Positions 63,746 through 63,813 of a DNA stretch of 63,813 nt are shown piece after piece. The notes beneath the pieces are model-generated. The model saw only the letters and a list, made by a program, of their open reading frames with translations, was not told where the DNA came from and made no database searches. The position numbers and the translations under genes were made by a program. Position 1 is the stretch's first letter. Every line of letters begins with the position of its first letter. This DNA comes from Octopus bimaculoides (lineage: Eukaryota). The DNA lies in contig NC_068985.1 in NCBI RefSeq assembly GCF_001194135.2, forward strand, positions 105,761,103-105,824,915, read 5' to 3'.

Positions 63746-63813
<68 letters not shown>

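Noticed and set aside
1-63813. CRISPR arrays, operons or other prokaryotic systems
   Set aside because: No repeat-spacer arrays or gene-dense prokaryotic structure; the window is eukaryotic intronic and intergenic DNA.

Overview
AT-rich, microsatellite-dense eukaryotic genomic DNA from a draft assembly with many N gaps. The repeat landscape (tRNA-derived SINEs, RTE, R4/Dong, HERO-like, CR1-like, Penelope-like, Gypsy, Tc1/mariner) resembles a coleoid cephalopod, probably Octopus; this is inference. Most ORF-track entries are microsatellite or gap artefacts. One real protein-coding gene can be rebuilt by hand on the minus strand from six GT-AG exons: 35278/35233-34883, 31097-31018, 24829-24794, 22234-22199, 21492-21457 and 15964-15754. 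They splice in frame to a 249-aa protein with two TM helices and a long cytoplasmic tail holding four PPxY motifs and a C-terminal TSRL. Three consecutive exons are 36-nt, phase-2/phase-2, mutually similar microexons that the ORF track misses. Two encode YSPxPPxY, and every junction splits a Ser codon (AG|Y), so the cassette could vary the number of WW-domain-binding motifs by splicing. Other highlights: a minimal hammerhead ribozyme in a Penelope-like remnant plus a second candidate, a HERO-like LINE nested in a decayed Gypsy pol, an RT fragment with an internal PHD-type finger, a DD37D transposase relic, MITEs, SINEs with clear TSDs and a 140-nt hairpin. All alignments and translations were done by eye; no database search was run.
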